A stretch of 18,086 bases of DNA from Candidatus Thorarchaeota archaeon (GCA_019057475.1 DXJO01000055.1:1-18086), one strand, 5' to 3'. Positions 8,908 to 18,036 are shown, counted from the first letter of the stretch. The notes: generated from the sequence alone by a model not told the origin. A program made the numbers and translations.

Positions 8908-10905
8908 GTGACAAATTTGTCAGAAAAGAAGATTACAGTCACATCAACTGAAGCTCGGAAGTTCGATCCTCCAAAGGGCTTTGCCGACAAGGCATACATC
9001 AAGAGCTACGAAGATCGAACTAAGCTCTGGAAGAAATCCATTGACGACCCCGATGACTTCTGGCTTGATGTGACAAAAGAACTATGTTACTGGAAGAAAG
9101 AACCCACTAAGGGCTTCGTTTGGAAGAACCCTGAGAGGGCTGAATTCACATGGTTTGAAGACGGCGTTACTAACATGGCTTACAACTGTCTTGACAAGCA
9201 CATTGAGGCTGGGAAGGGCAAGCAATTGGCCCTTATCTGGCAGGGTGAGCCTGAGGACGACTCCAAGACCTATACCTACGAGGAGCTCCGTGACGAAGTC
9301 AATAAGGCCGCAAATGTTCTGAAGAAGCTAGGCGTGAAGAAGGGCGACAGAGTTGCTATCTATCTACCAATGATTCCCGAGCTGGCTATCGTAATGACTG
9401 CGTGCACACGCATTGGCGCCATTCACAGCATTGTGTTTGGGGGTTTCAGTTCAGATGCTCTCAAGGACCGGATCAATGACTGCGATGCCAATGTATTGAT
9501 CACGGCTGATGGTTATTACCGTGGTGGCAAGACCATCACTCAGAAGAAGCTTGCAGACGCCGCGGTTGAGAAAGCCCCAAGTGTAAAGAATGTGCTTGTT
9601 ATCAAGAGGACTGGCGCCGAAATCGAATGGACCGACGGTCGTGATGTCTGGTACCATGAGATGATGAAGGACGCCTCCCCAGAGTGTGAAACCGAGTGGC
9701 TCAATGCTGAGGACCCACTATACATTCTCTACACCAGCGGTTCCACCGGCAAGCCAAAGGGTGTCCAGCACACTCTAGGCGGATATCTGACCTATGTGAC
9801 CCACACCTTCAAAATGATATTTGACTGGCATGAGGGCGACATCTACTGGTGCACCGCGGACATCGGCTGGGTTACTGGCCACTCCTATATTGTCTACGGG
9901 CCACTCTCAGCCGGCGCTACTACGCTTATGTTTGAGGCAGTTCCGACCTATCCTGATGCCGGAAGATTCTGGCAGATAGTCGAAAAGTACAAGGTCACAC
10001 AGTTCTACACTGCTCCAACCGCCATCCGTGCGCTCATGAAGTTCGGCGATAGGTGGCCTAATGAGTACGACCTCTCAAGCTTGAAACTTCTGGGCACTGT
10101 CGGTGAACCAATCAATCCTGCAGCATGGATGTGGTACCGCGAGGTAATTGGTCATGAGAACTGTCCGATTGTTGACACCTACTGGCAAACAGAAACAGGT
10201 GGAGTGATTATTACTCCCTTGCCTGGTGCCACACCAACGAAGCCTGGTTCTGCTACACTACCATATTTCGGGGTCGATCCAATAGTTGTAGGTGAAGATG
10301 GTATGCCTGTCAACGCAAACGAAGGTGGATACATCTGCATGAAAACGCCCTGGCCGGGCCTGATGCGGACTCTCTATGGTGACCATGACAGGTTTGTCAG
10401 CACATACTTCTCTCAGTACAAGAATCCTGACACAGGACTTCCCATGTACATGACGGGCGATGGTGGTCGTTTTGACGAAGATGGCTACTACTGGATTATG
10501 GGCCGGATTGATGATGTCCTGAAGGTTTCAGGGCACCGTTTGGGGACGGCAGAGATTGAATCTGCCCTTGTTAAGCACCCAACAGTCGCAGAGTCTGCAG
10601 TCGTCGGTTTTCCACATGAAATCAAGGGAGAATCAATCTACGTGTTTGTGACCTTGAAGCTTGGCGTGGAGAAGACAGAGGACCTCAGGCAGGAACTACG
10701 CCTGCATGTGCGAAGAGAGATTGGTCCAATTGCAACTCCTGAGAAAATCCAATTCGCTGATGCACTTCCGAAGACGCGGTCCGGCAAGATCATGCGTAGA
10801 ATTCTGAAGCGCATAGCTGCTGACAAGATTGACGAGATTGGTGACACTAGCACTCTGGCAGATCCAACAGTCGTCGAAACCTTGGTTGAAGAGCGGATCA
10901 AATAG
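8908..10905 (+). CDS. acs: AMP-forming acetyl-CoA synthetase
   Basis: '[11 protein letters not shown]', '[14 protein letters not shown]', 'VGEPINP', 'DTYWQTETG', 'GRIDDV', A10 motif '[12 protein letters not shown]'. Start is GTG 8908 or TTG 8917. Confidence 0.97.
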   Translation: MTNLSEKKITVTSTEARKFDPPKGFADKAYIKSYEDRTKLWKKSIDDPDDFWLDVTKELCYWKKEPTKGFVWKNPERAEFTWFEDGVTNMAYNCLDKHIEAGKGKQLALIWQGEPEDDSKTYTYEELRDEVNKAANVLKKLGVKKGDRVAIYLPMIPELAIVMTACTRIGAIHSIVFGGFSSDALKDRINDCDANVLITADGYYRGGKTITQKKLADAAVEKAPSVKNVLVIKRTGAEIEWTDGRDVWYHEMMKDASPECETEWLNAEDPLYILYTSGSTGKPKGVQHTLGGYLTYVTHTFKMIFDWHEGDIYWCTADIGWVTGHSYIVYGPLSAGATTLMFEAVPTYPDAGRFWQIVEKYKVTQFYTAPTAIRALMKFGDRWPNEYDLSSLKLLGTVGEPINPAAWMWYREVIGHENCPIVDTYWQTETGGVIITPLPGATPTKPGSATLPYFGVDPIVVGEDGMPVNANEGGYICMKTPWPGLMRTLYGDHDRFVSTYFSQYKNPDTGLPMYMTGDGGRFDEDGYYWIMGRIDDVLKVSGHRLGTAEIESALVKHPTVAESAVVGFPHEIKGESIYVFVTLKLGVEKTEDLRQELRLHVRREIGPIATPEKIQFADALPKTRSGKIMRRILKRIAADKIDEIGDTSTLADPTVVETLVEERIK

Positions 10906-10920
10906 CTTCGAATCGGTTAT

Positions 10921-10959
10921 GAGAGCGGCCGGAAGGCCCTCTCCAAACCCCTCTTTTTT
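10921..10959 (+). terminator. GNRA-tetraloop hairpin plus T-tract after acs
   Basis: GAGAG-C-GGCC-GGAA-GGCC-CTCTC then CAAACCCCTC and T6. Confidence 0.65.
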
Positions 10960-11031
10960 CGCGGACAGAATGACTTTAAAAACCCTCACTGACTTAGAAT
11001 TACCTAGCAACGCTACTAATGGTGAGTCAAC

Positions 11032-11256
11032 ATGGTTTGTGTATATGTGCTTATTCGCGCTGATGGTGACAAGGTCTGGGAAACAGTCACTGGGGTTAAG
11101 GAAATTGACGGAGTCACACGAGCCGAGGTAGTGACTGGTCCTTATGATGTCATCATGACGGCAGAACTACCCTCAGTAGAAGGGCTCAGGCGTTTAATGA
11201 AGTCCGTACATGATGTGGACGGCGTCGAACGCACCGAGACCTGTATCGGCATCTAA
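11032..11256 (+). CDS. Stand-alone Lrp/AsnC ligand-binding (RAM) domain protein
   Basis: 74 aa with 'VYVLI', 'I.GV', 'VTGPYDVI', 'GVERTETCI' and no HTH; GGTGA SD at 11021-11025. Confidence 0.88.
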   Translation: MVCVYVLIRADGDKVWETVTGVKEIDGVTRAEVVTGPYDVIMTAELPSVEGLRRLMKSVHDVDGVERTETCIGI

Positions 11257-11429
11257 TTGCACCTGATTTGGCGTGTCCATTCGCCACTAGCGATAGGATG
11301 GGCAGTCCGGAACAGTGTGAGTCAATGTTTTCACCCGCATGAGCAATTTACTCCCAAAACACTCAAGTCAATCGATATCATGGTGGAATAATGCGCATAG
11401 ATAGTACTTCACTCTGAGGTGACTGATGC

Positions 11430-11945
11430 ATGCCCTTCACTCCATACCACTTAGGTCCTGCTCTCCTATTTGGCGTCCTCCTCTTTCCAATCGTGGATAT
11501 TACTGCTCTTTTCCTGTCCAGCGTACTCGTTGATGTTGAACCACTGTACGTCATTATGTTTGCGCCCGGCTTACCCTTGCACGGAATACTGCATACGTAT
11601 GTTGGAGCTACTGGCATAGCGGTCCTAAATGCAGTTATCGTATGGTTTCTGAGAGATTGGACTCATCGGATTCTGGCCATTTTCAAGATCGATCAGAACT
11701 CCTCATTCATTGGAATTTTCGGAACTAGCCTTCTTGGAACGTATTTACATGTTTTCCTTGACTCATTTCTATATCCCGAGATGAACCCCCTCTTTCCCCT
11801 GATGGGCAACCCGTTTCTGGGGCTCGTTTCATCCGCAGCTGTTTATCAGTTCTGCACAATCTGCTTTTTCCTAGGGTTCGTCCTCTATTTGGTTCGCTTT
11901 CTTGTTATTCCCGTAGTTAGGCGATTCAACATTAACGAAACCTAG
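11430..11945 (+). CDS. Membrane-bound metal-dependent hydrolase-like protein (YdjM/DUF4184-like)
   Basis: 'MPFTPYH', 'VDVEP', 'LHGILHT', 'HVFLDS', 'P.FP' in a multi-TM protein; GAGGTGA SD upstream. Confidence 0.7.
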   Translation: MPFTPYHLGPALLFGVLLFPIVDITALFLSSVLVDVEPLYVIMFAPGLPLHGILHTYVGATGIAVLNAVIVWFLRDWTHRILAIFKIDQNSSFIGIFGTSLLGTYLHVFLDSFLYPEMNPLFPLMGNPFLGLVSSAAVYQFCTICFFLGFVLYLVRFLVIPVVRRFNINET

Positions 11946-11999
11946 TTTGGACGACCACATCTGTTTGTTCACCAGTCCTGAAATCGCCCTGAGAGGAAG

Positions 12000-12041
12000 C
12001 TTTATATATATTTAATACTCAGTACTATATAGCACACAGTA
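12000..12041 (+). promoter_or_regulatory. TATA box plus a 26-bp imperfect palindrome (putative PadR operator)
   Basis: TTTATATA at ~12001 after purine-rich GAGGAAG; TACTCAGTACTATATAGCACACAGTA at 12016-12041 matches its reverse complement at 20 of 26 positions. Confidence 0.6.
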
Positions 12042-12102
12042 CAAAGTGATGTACAATGATAAGTGACACTAACTACAAATCGCACAACGAGGTGGCCTAA
12101 TC

Positions 12103-12474
12103 TTGGAAAAGAGTCGAAAGAACGTACTTGAAGAGATTGAGCGCTGGTCCAAGGAGATCAAGCGCGGGGCCGCCTCGCTGGCAATCGTTGCAATCCTGGA
12201 TGAACAGACTGCATATGGTTATGAAATCGTGAAAACACTGGGTGAGAGAGCATCATTCCTGCAGCTCGAACAGGGAACGGTCTATCCACTCCTGCGGCGC
12301 CTGGAGAAAAGGAAGCTGCTGGAAAGTGAATGGAATTATGATGATCCTACGAAGCCCAAGAAATACTACAAGCTCACTGCAGACGGCAAGATGGCGTTGC
12401 AGATGATGACAGAGACATGGTCTGTGTTATCGGATGAGTTGAAGAGATTAATCGAAGGAGATGATTCACAATGA
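12103..12474 (+). CDS. PadR-family transcriptional regulator
   Basis: 'YGYEIVK', 'GTVYPLLRRLE', 'KKYYKLT..G', C-terminal W-containing helix; GAGGTGG SD at 12089-12095; TTG start. Confidence 0.93.
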   Translation: MEKSRKNVLEEIERWSKEIKRGAASLAIVAILDEQTAYGYEIVKTLGERASFLQLEQGTVYPLLRRLEKRKLLESEWNYDDPTKPKKYYKLTADGKMALQMMTETWSVLSDELKRLIEGDDSQ

Positions 12475-13598
12475 GTGGAAGTCCAATGAACATGATTGAG
12501 AAGTATCTGGAACGAGTCAGAGTGTACCTTCCTATTGATAGCGAAGATGCGCTGACTGAGATAAGAACACATCTGATAGAGGAAGCCGAAACACTCGGTC
12601 AGGGCGAGATTACACATGGCTCTGTCATGCTCGCTATAGAGAGATTTGGCAATCCAAAGGAAGCAGCCAATGCATATGCCGGCATTGGGAAACGAGTGGG
12701 TCCTCTTCCTGCTGAGTATGTTCAACCGGCAATTCGAATAGTTCTCCTGCTTGTAGCGCTAGGTGCTGCATTCATCATGGGTAGCTATGTTGTGGGCATT
12801 TCAATTTTCGACGTCGTTGGGATAACCAACTTTCCATTCAACATACCCGTAATGGTTGCACTATCACTTCTCTATGCAGCGATCATCATCGCCGGCCTGT
12901 CAGCTATTGAAAAGAGAAACGCGCCTCCTAGCGAGAAGACTGTGCTTGAGAGTTTCCTTGGCCTTGGCAGCGATGTATTCAAACCCAAAGGTCGTTGGGA
13001 TGCAGCAGCCGAAGTTGTTCTTGGTGTGGTTTTTGCAATGGTCCTTCTCCTGTCACCAATACGGATTCTCTTCAGAGAAGATTTCCTGCTATTCATGAAC
13101 GTGATTGCAGTCTTGCTACTCATGGATGCATCGAAGGGCCTTCTCTTCTTCATCGCTGGGGAGAACAACTTGAATCTACTATTTGAGGCGGTTCTGGGAG
13201 GAATCTGGGTGGTCCTGTGCATGTTCCTTATCAATATACAGTGGCCACTTGAGCAGGTCTATGCTTTCGATGGAGCGGAATGGGTATTGATTCGACTCGC
13301 GGACTTTCCATTTGAGATTGTAGAACTTTTCGGCAGATTTGAAGTCTTGGCATTGCTCTGGGCAATCGGTGTCTTCATAGTCGTTGTTACTAACATGTGG
13401 AGCATCCTGGTTTCATCGATGAAGATCGCGATGTATCTCAAGGAGGATAAGGGACTCTGGTGGCAGGGCCGCTGGGGGCGCGGACGTCATCGCTTCCCAT
13501 TCCTTCATCGCGATTCGGATCAGAATCAAGCGCATTCTGATGATGGGACTACTTACAGTGATGGGCACAAAGAATCTGACAATATTGACGAAACGTGA
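12471..13598 (+). CDS. PadR-associated multi-TM membrane protein with N-terminal HAAS-like helical domain
   Basis: 'IEKYLERVRVYLP...EIRTHLIE...AIERFGNPKEAA' followed by about 6 TM segments; ATGA overlap with the padR stop. Confidence 0.8.
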   Translation: MSGSPMNMIEKYLERVRVYLPIDSEDALTEIRTHLIEEAETLGQGEITHGSVMLAIERFGNPKEAANAYAGIGKRVGPLPAEYVQPAIRIVLLLVALGAAFIMGSYVVGISIFDVVGITNFPFNIPVMVALSLLYAAIIIAGLSAIEKRNAPPSEKTVLESFLGLGSDVFKPKGRWDAAAEVVLGVVFAMVLLLSPIRILFREDFLLFMNVIAVLLLMDASKGLLFFIAGENNLNLLFEAVLGGIWVVLCMFLINIQWPLEQVYAFDGAEWVLIRLADFPFEIVELFGRFEVLALLWAIGVFIVVVTNMWSILVSSMKIAMYLKEDKGLWWQGRWGRGRHRFPFLHRDSDQNQAHSDDGTTYSDGHKESDNIDET

Positions 13599-13611
13599 TG
13601 GTTTCGTACTT

Positions 13612-13651
13612 GAGGGAGCTAGCCAAGAGGCGGCTCCCTCTACCTTTTTTT
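13612..13651 (+). terminator. Hairpin plus T7 tract after the PadR operon
   Basis: GAGGGAGC...GCC-AAGA-GGC...GCTCCCTC then TACCTTTTTTT. Confidence 0.7.
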
Positions 13652-13661
13652 CTCTGCAACA

Positions 13662-14351
13662 CTAGAGATGGTGTTCAGAAGCGATACTCGCCTTTGGGAT
13701 AGAGGCCTGCTCTCTTCGATACCATGGGTTTGACAGCGCGACGGTTGCGAGAAGCGTTGCCGCTACAGTGATAGCCCCTGATACGAAGCCGAGCCCCGCT
13801 GTGGACAGGGGTATACGCGAAACTTGACCGACCAGCGAAAGAAGTGTGGAGATGACCATGAGGTCGCTTCTTACTTCCTTCAATCGACCCGTCTTCCAAG
13901 TAATGATGAATGTCAATACCATCCCGCCTATGAACGCTATGATCAATGGCAGATGCAGCATCATAATGGTATCCTGAGTGGGTCCAAACAGAGCAATCGC
14001 AACCCAGTATGCAGTCATCAGTCCCATAATTCGAAGATGGTGTTTCTGAAACCTGTGTAGCCATATATTCAGAAGCACCACCATCATCGGTAGAGCAATG
14101 CCTCCAACGACAAGGGCACGCACGCGGAAGAATTCCAAACTTGTCGGAATCAATCCAATCATGGTGAGCGACAGGAGCATCTGGTTCAAAGCGTGCGCTG
14201 TAAACACGATACTGAACGCCAATGGGAGGTCGCTGTAAAGGCGGTTCTCCTGTCTATACCACAGGAGGAAAAGATACATCGAGAGCACGATGGATACTAT
14301 GGCAGCGACTACACTCGGCATAATTGTTGTGTCTAACGTTACTTGCATCAT
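13662..14351 (-). CDS. Hypothetical polytopic membrane protein (about 7 TM)
   Basis: 229-aa ORF with about seven hydrophobic segments; AGGTGG and AGGA upstream on the minus strand. Confidence 0.75.
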   Translation of the reverse strand: MMQVTLDTTIMPSVVAAIVSIVLSMYLFLLWYRQENRLYSDLPLAFSIVFTAHALNQMLLSLTMIGLIPTSLEFFRVRALVVGGIALPMMVVLLNIWLHRFQKHHLRIMGLMTAYWVAIALFGPTQDTIMMLHLPLIIAFIGGMVLTFIITWKTGRLKEVRSDLMVISTLLSLVGQVSRIPLSTAGLGFVSGAITVAATLLATVALSNPWYRREQASIPKASIASEHHL

Positions 14352-14550
14352 CTTCCTGATTCCACCTTGAGACCTCTACTGGCGTTGTTGCAGACCCGGG
14401 GAATTTAAGGTCCGAGAGAAAGGCACCTAGGAACCGACACCAAAATGCAGGAATAGCAACCGCCAATGAGCCGCATTTGCGCATCTCTCTGACATTTTCT
14501 ACTCATGAAACGAAATTAATATCTCCCAACGCTCCTGTTTTCTCATACAA

Positions 14551-15180
14551 ATGCCTGATTGGGACAACATATTCACAAAACAAGGCCGCGTCTTCGAAGA
14601 GCCACATCGAGATATGACCCGACTGGTTGAGCTTTTCAGAAACCGTGATGTGACCAGGATACTTGACTTAGGATGTGGCACTGGTCGTCATCTTGTCTTT
14701 CTTTCAGGAATGGATTTCGAGATGTATGGATTTGATGCTTCCCCCAGAGCTTTGTCGCTTGCTCGACAGTGGTTGGATGAGGAAGGGCTGACAGCTGACA
14801 TTCGGATACATCGGATGGAAGAACCATTTCCGTATGGGGGCGGTTTTTTCGATGCAGTGATCTCCATCCAAGTGATTCACCACAATCTCATGACAGATAT
14901 ACTAGCCACGGTAAGAGAAGTTGAGAGAGTGATAAGGCCAGGCGGCATTTTATTTGTTTCAGTTCCTGTAATGCATATGGGGCCTGTGGAGAAGGAGCAT
15001 GATTGGGATCACCGGGAAGTGGAGGCTGGCACATACATCCCGCATAAAGGCCCAGAGAGTGGAATTCCTCATCACTACTTCACACCCGCAGAGCTGACAA
15101 GGGTGTTCAGCGCTTTCGCTCTTCTGGAACTGTATATGGACGATACAGAACACAGATGTTTCTTGGGTGTGAAGAAGTGA
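14551..15180 (+). CDS. Class I SAM-dependent methyltransferase
   Basis: Motif I 'ILDLGCGTGRH', 'GFDAS', 'FFDAVIS..VIHH', 'RVIRPGG'. Confidence 0.9.
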   Translation: MPDWDNIFTKQGRVFEEPHRDMTRLVELFRNRDVTRILDLGCGTGRHLVFLSGMDFEMYGFDASPRALSLARQWLDEEGLTADIRIHRMEEPFPYGGGFFDAVISIQVIHHNLMTDILATVREVERVIRPGGILFVSVPVMHMGPVEKEHDWDHREVEAGTYIPHKGPESGIPHHYFTPAELTRVFSAFALLELYMDDTEHRCFLGVKK

Positions 15181-15213
15181 AACAGCACGCCTTCACAAAT
15201 GTGTGGTAGCTGA

Positions 15214-16398
15214 CTACTCTAGTCCAAAGGTGGGAAATATGAGCTTCTTAATCTTCTCAATGGTTTCATCTAACTCTCTCTTGACCTTGGGATAATGCTC
15301 ATCATTCATCCGCCTTGGTCTATCAGTCCATCCGCCACGCTTTACCTCGAATCCATAGCTCTGACACAGCTCTATCCACTCAGCTGGGAGGACTGGCGGC
15401 AGAGCGACTCCGGCCAAGTTTGCGAGTACAATGGTCCATATTTTGGCCGTAGCCACGGGATTATAGCCCCCTCCTCCTACTACTACAAGCTTCTTGTTGC
15501 CCAGATGCACCAGCTGCTGTACAGTCGATGAGAGACGATGATATGTATCATAAGTCAGCATCAAATCGGCAAGTGGGTCCCCCATGTGAGCATCTCCGCC
15601 AACGTCCCAGAACACGAAATTAGGCTTGTAAGCCAGCCATATAGGTACGACAACGCTCTCGAATGCCCTCCAGAATTCAACATCATCTGTGAGTGGTGGC
15701 AACGGTATGTTCACGGAATAGCCCTTGCCCGCACCAACTCCCACTTCTTCAGGTCTTCCGGTCATAGGAAAGAAACTCATGCTGAGTTCGTGCATTGAAA
15801 TTGTTAAGACATTAGGGTCATCGTAGAATGCTTGCTGTGTGCCATCGCTGTGATGGACATCTGTATCGAGGTACAGGACCTTCTTGTCGGGATAATTCTC
15901 CTTGTATTTCTTGATAGCAATCACGCAATCATTGAGATAGCAGAATCCTGCAGCCTTACTCTCCATCGCATGATGAAAGCCACCCACGAATGACATGGCA
16001 TTTCGAAATCGGCCTTCGGCCACTCCCATCACTGCATCTATAGCTGCTCCAACAGGGAGGCTGGCATACTTATCGACATCTTGGAATACGGGGCACTCAT
16101 CCGTGTCGAGTCCAAATCGTGAAGAGAACGCTGAGCCCGTGTTTCCAAATAGCTCAAGGGTTTCAATGTACGATGAATCATGGAAAAGAGAGAGTTCCTC
16201 CCGTGTCGCCTGCCGCATTGGCTGCAGAGAAATTTTGTCAGACTTGGTGAGTCCGGACATGACAGGCAGACTCCAGGTGATGTCAAGTCTAGCACGATTC
16301 CAGAATGGATTGGGCTCTGTCTTCATTCTGTCTAGATCGTCGAGACCATCCATTACCAACAATTCTTTTGGTCCATAGAGAGCAGTCTTTTCCGACAA
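15214..16398 (-). CDS. Zn-dependent histone-deacetylase-family (class I/AcuC-like) protein deacetylase
   Basis: 'GGFHHA', 'GFCYLND', 'DTDVHHSDG', 'FFP.TG', 'N.PL', 'GGDAH.GDPL', 'GGGGY'. GGAGG SD favours TTG 16398 over ATG 16416. Confidence 0.92.
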   Translation of the reverse strand: MSEKTALYGPKELLVMDGLDDLDRMKTEPNPFWNRARLDITWSLPVMSGLTKSDKISLQPMRQATREELSLFHDSSYIETLELFGNTGSAFSSRFGLDTDECPVFQDVDKYASLPVGAAIDAVMGVAEGRFRNAMSFVGGFHHAMESKAAGFCYLNDCVIAIKKYKENYPDKKVLYLDTDVHHSDGTQQAFYDDPNVLTISMHELSMSFFPMTGRPEEVGVGAGKGYSVNIPLPPLTDDVEFWRAFESVVVPIWLAYKPNFVFWDVGGDAHMGDPLADLMLTYDTYHRLSSTVQQLVHLGNKKLVVVGGGGYNPVATAKIWTIVLANLAGVALPPVLPAEWIELCQSYGFEVKRGGWTDRPRRMNDEHYPKVKRELDETIEKIKKLIFPTFGLE

Positions 16399-16637
16399 TG
16401 CATTTCCTCCATACATCTTCCCGACTTACTGAATGCGCGTTCTTGACGCCTCCACGTCGCTATATAGTCCTACGCCTAGGACTGATGCAACTCTCCTAAT
16501 GACCTCTCCTAATATCCATAATGAAATTGGTTAAGAATTGGAAAAATACGCCATAATTTGCCTTTTTCCTGATTTCATATTCCATTTGAGCCTGTGCGAA
16601 AGCCTCATTATTCCTCGGTACTTACCGTAATCTTGTC

Positions 16638-17666
16638 ATGTCGAAGTTTGAGCTGCTCAAACAGACGCTATTGGGGAATCTGGGAGCTCAGATACCTTTC
16701 TCCGTGTGGAAACATCATCCTGAGAAAGATCGTACTCCAGAGGGACTTGCGGAAGAAGAGATTGCGTTTCATCGTGAATTCGATCATGACCTACTCAAGA
16801 TAAGCTTCCATGGCCGCTATGCAGTGGTCGATTGGGGGTGTCTTGCAGTGTATGATGGGGCCATCTCTGGTTCTACCACATGTGCAAGCTGTGCTGTTGA
16901 GAGGCTAAGCGATTGGGAAACCCTGGAGCCCCTAGATGTCAATGCGGGAGAACTTGGCAATCAAGTTCGGGCTGTAGAATTGGTCAGCAAGTACACTGAA
17001 GGTTTGGTTCCAACAATGGCTACAGTATTTGATACAGCCCTAGTGGCAGACAAACTATGCATGGGCAAGTTCACCGACTACATAGTTGATGGTCCTGAGA
17101 TTATGCGAAGCACCCTCGACATGATAACCGATGTCATGATTGACTTTGGTCGAGCTGTTCTTGATGCAGGCTCTGATGGCATCTTCATTGCATCACAACA
17201 TTCTACTCACTCAGCCATATCAGAGAGGCAGTATCTGGAGTTCGTGTTCCCCTATGACCTGAAAATAGTAGAAAAGCTCCGTGGAAAGGCCGATTTCATT
17301 GCGTTGCACCTCCACGCCAGGGAAAAGGATGAAGAGATTCGCTTCGAAAAGATTGCGAGGACACCCGGTGTAGATGCAATAAATTGGGAGGATCAAACCG
17401 CTGCTCTCTCGCTGAGAGAAGGCAAGATAATCTCTCAGAAAGCAGTTCTCGGAGGCATAGACCATATGGGTACGCTACGGACCGGTACTCCCGACGAGGT
17501 CAAGGCGCAGATCTTTGATGCTGCCCGTGAAGCAGGCTTGGTTAGACTCATGATTGCCCCTGGGTGTGTCATAACCGTTGATACTCCAAGAGAAAACATT
17601 CAAGCTATGGCTGATGCAGTACGATCAATCGATCCGTTCTCTAACGAATGGGAAGCACACTCTTGA
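16638..17666 (+). CDS. Uroporphyrinogen decarboxylase (URO-D/MtaA-CmuA) superfamily protein
   Basis: 'AGSDGIFIA', 'YLEFVFPYD', 'LHLH', 'VLGGID', 'GTPDEV', 'IAPGC', 'TPRENIQA'; lacks the HemE 'RQAGR' motif. Confidence 0.85.
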   Translation: MSKFELLKQTLLGNLGAQIPFSVWKHHPEKDRTPEGLAEEEIAFHREFDHDLLKISFHGRYAVVDWGCLAVYDGAISGSTTCASCAVERLSDWETLEPLDVNAGELGNQVRAVELVSKYTEGLVPTMATVFDTALVADKLCMGKFTDYIVDGPEIMRSTLDMITDVMIDFGRAVLDAGSDGIFIASQHSTHSAISERQYLEFVFPYDLKIVEKLRGKADFIALHLHAREKDEEIRFEKIARTPGVDAINWEDQTAALSLREGKIISQKAVLGGIDHMGTLRTGTPDEVKAQIFDAAREAGLVRLMIAPGCVITVDTPRENIQAMADAVRSIDPFSNEWEAHS

Positions 17667-17729
17667 TCAAGAATACTGAGGGTTGGATAGAAATCCTGCA
17701 ATAACCAGAGCGCAAATCGCATATTCACT

Positions 17730-17784
17730 AGTCACAAGATGTGACTCTATTCTGTGACCCTCAGATGTGGCTCCGCATTATATA
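17730..17784 (+). promoter_or_regulatory. Inverted repeat, 13-bp-phased TGTGRC repeats and TATA box upstream of the small-ORF array
   Basis: AGTCACA-AGA-TGTGACT at 17730-17746; TGTGAC/TGTGAC/TGTGGC at 17740, 17753 and 17766; TTATATA at 17778-17784. Confidence 0.55.
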
Positions 17785-17813
17785 CTGATTTTGAGTGTTA
17801 TTCCTTGTGAAAT

Positions 17814-17927
17814 ATGATGGCTCTGGCAACAAACAACCGGAACTCGTCTGTGCTGAAGAACAAGACCGTGGTCAAGACTCAGTCAACTGATGCTCTTAGC
17901 TACGCCTACATGACTGTTGTGAGGTGA
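17814..17927 (+). CDS. Small peptide 1 (MMALATNNRNSSVLKNKTVVKTQSTDALSYAYMTVVR, 37 aa)
   Basis: Manually translated. ATG lies about 30 nt after the TATA box (leaderless-type geometry); similar to the next small ORF. Confidence 0.6.
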   Translation: MMALATNNRNSSVLKNKTVVKTQSTDALSYAYMTVVR

Positions 17928-17934
17928 AAAGGAT

Positions 17935-18030
17935 ATGGCTCTTGCGAAGGACTACCGCTCACTACAGAAGAACACCCAGAAGACTCTGGTGTCGACCAAG
18001 GCAATCGCTCTTGTCTACTTCAGGAGATAG
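17935..18030 (+). CDS. Small peptide 2 (MALAKDYRSLQKNTQKTLVSTKAIALVYFRR, 31 aa)
   Basis: Strong archaeal SD GAGGTGA at 17921-17927, 7 nt before the ATG; similar to peptide 1. Confidence 0.68.
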   Translation: MALAKDYRSLQKNTQKTLVSTKAIALVYFRR

Positions 18031-18036
18031 ACCTAG

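Noticed and set aside
13662-13760. 'NPWY' as a GPCR NPxxY motif
   Set aside because: The spacing is wrong (NPxY) and no other class A GPCR motifs are present.
300-17465. Numerous 60-140 aa antisense or alternate-frame ORFs (e.g. 300-716, 3324-3740, 5092-5328, 8128-8502, 12366-12725, 13675-14064, 15995-16378)
   Set aside because: They are shadows of well-supported genes, with no motifs or translation signals of their own.
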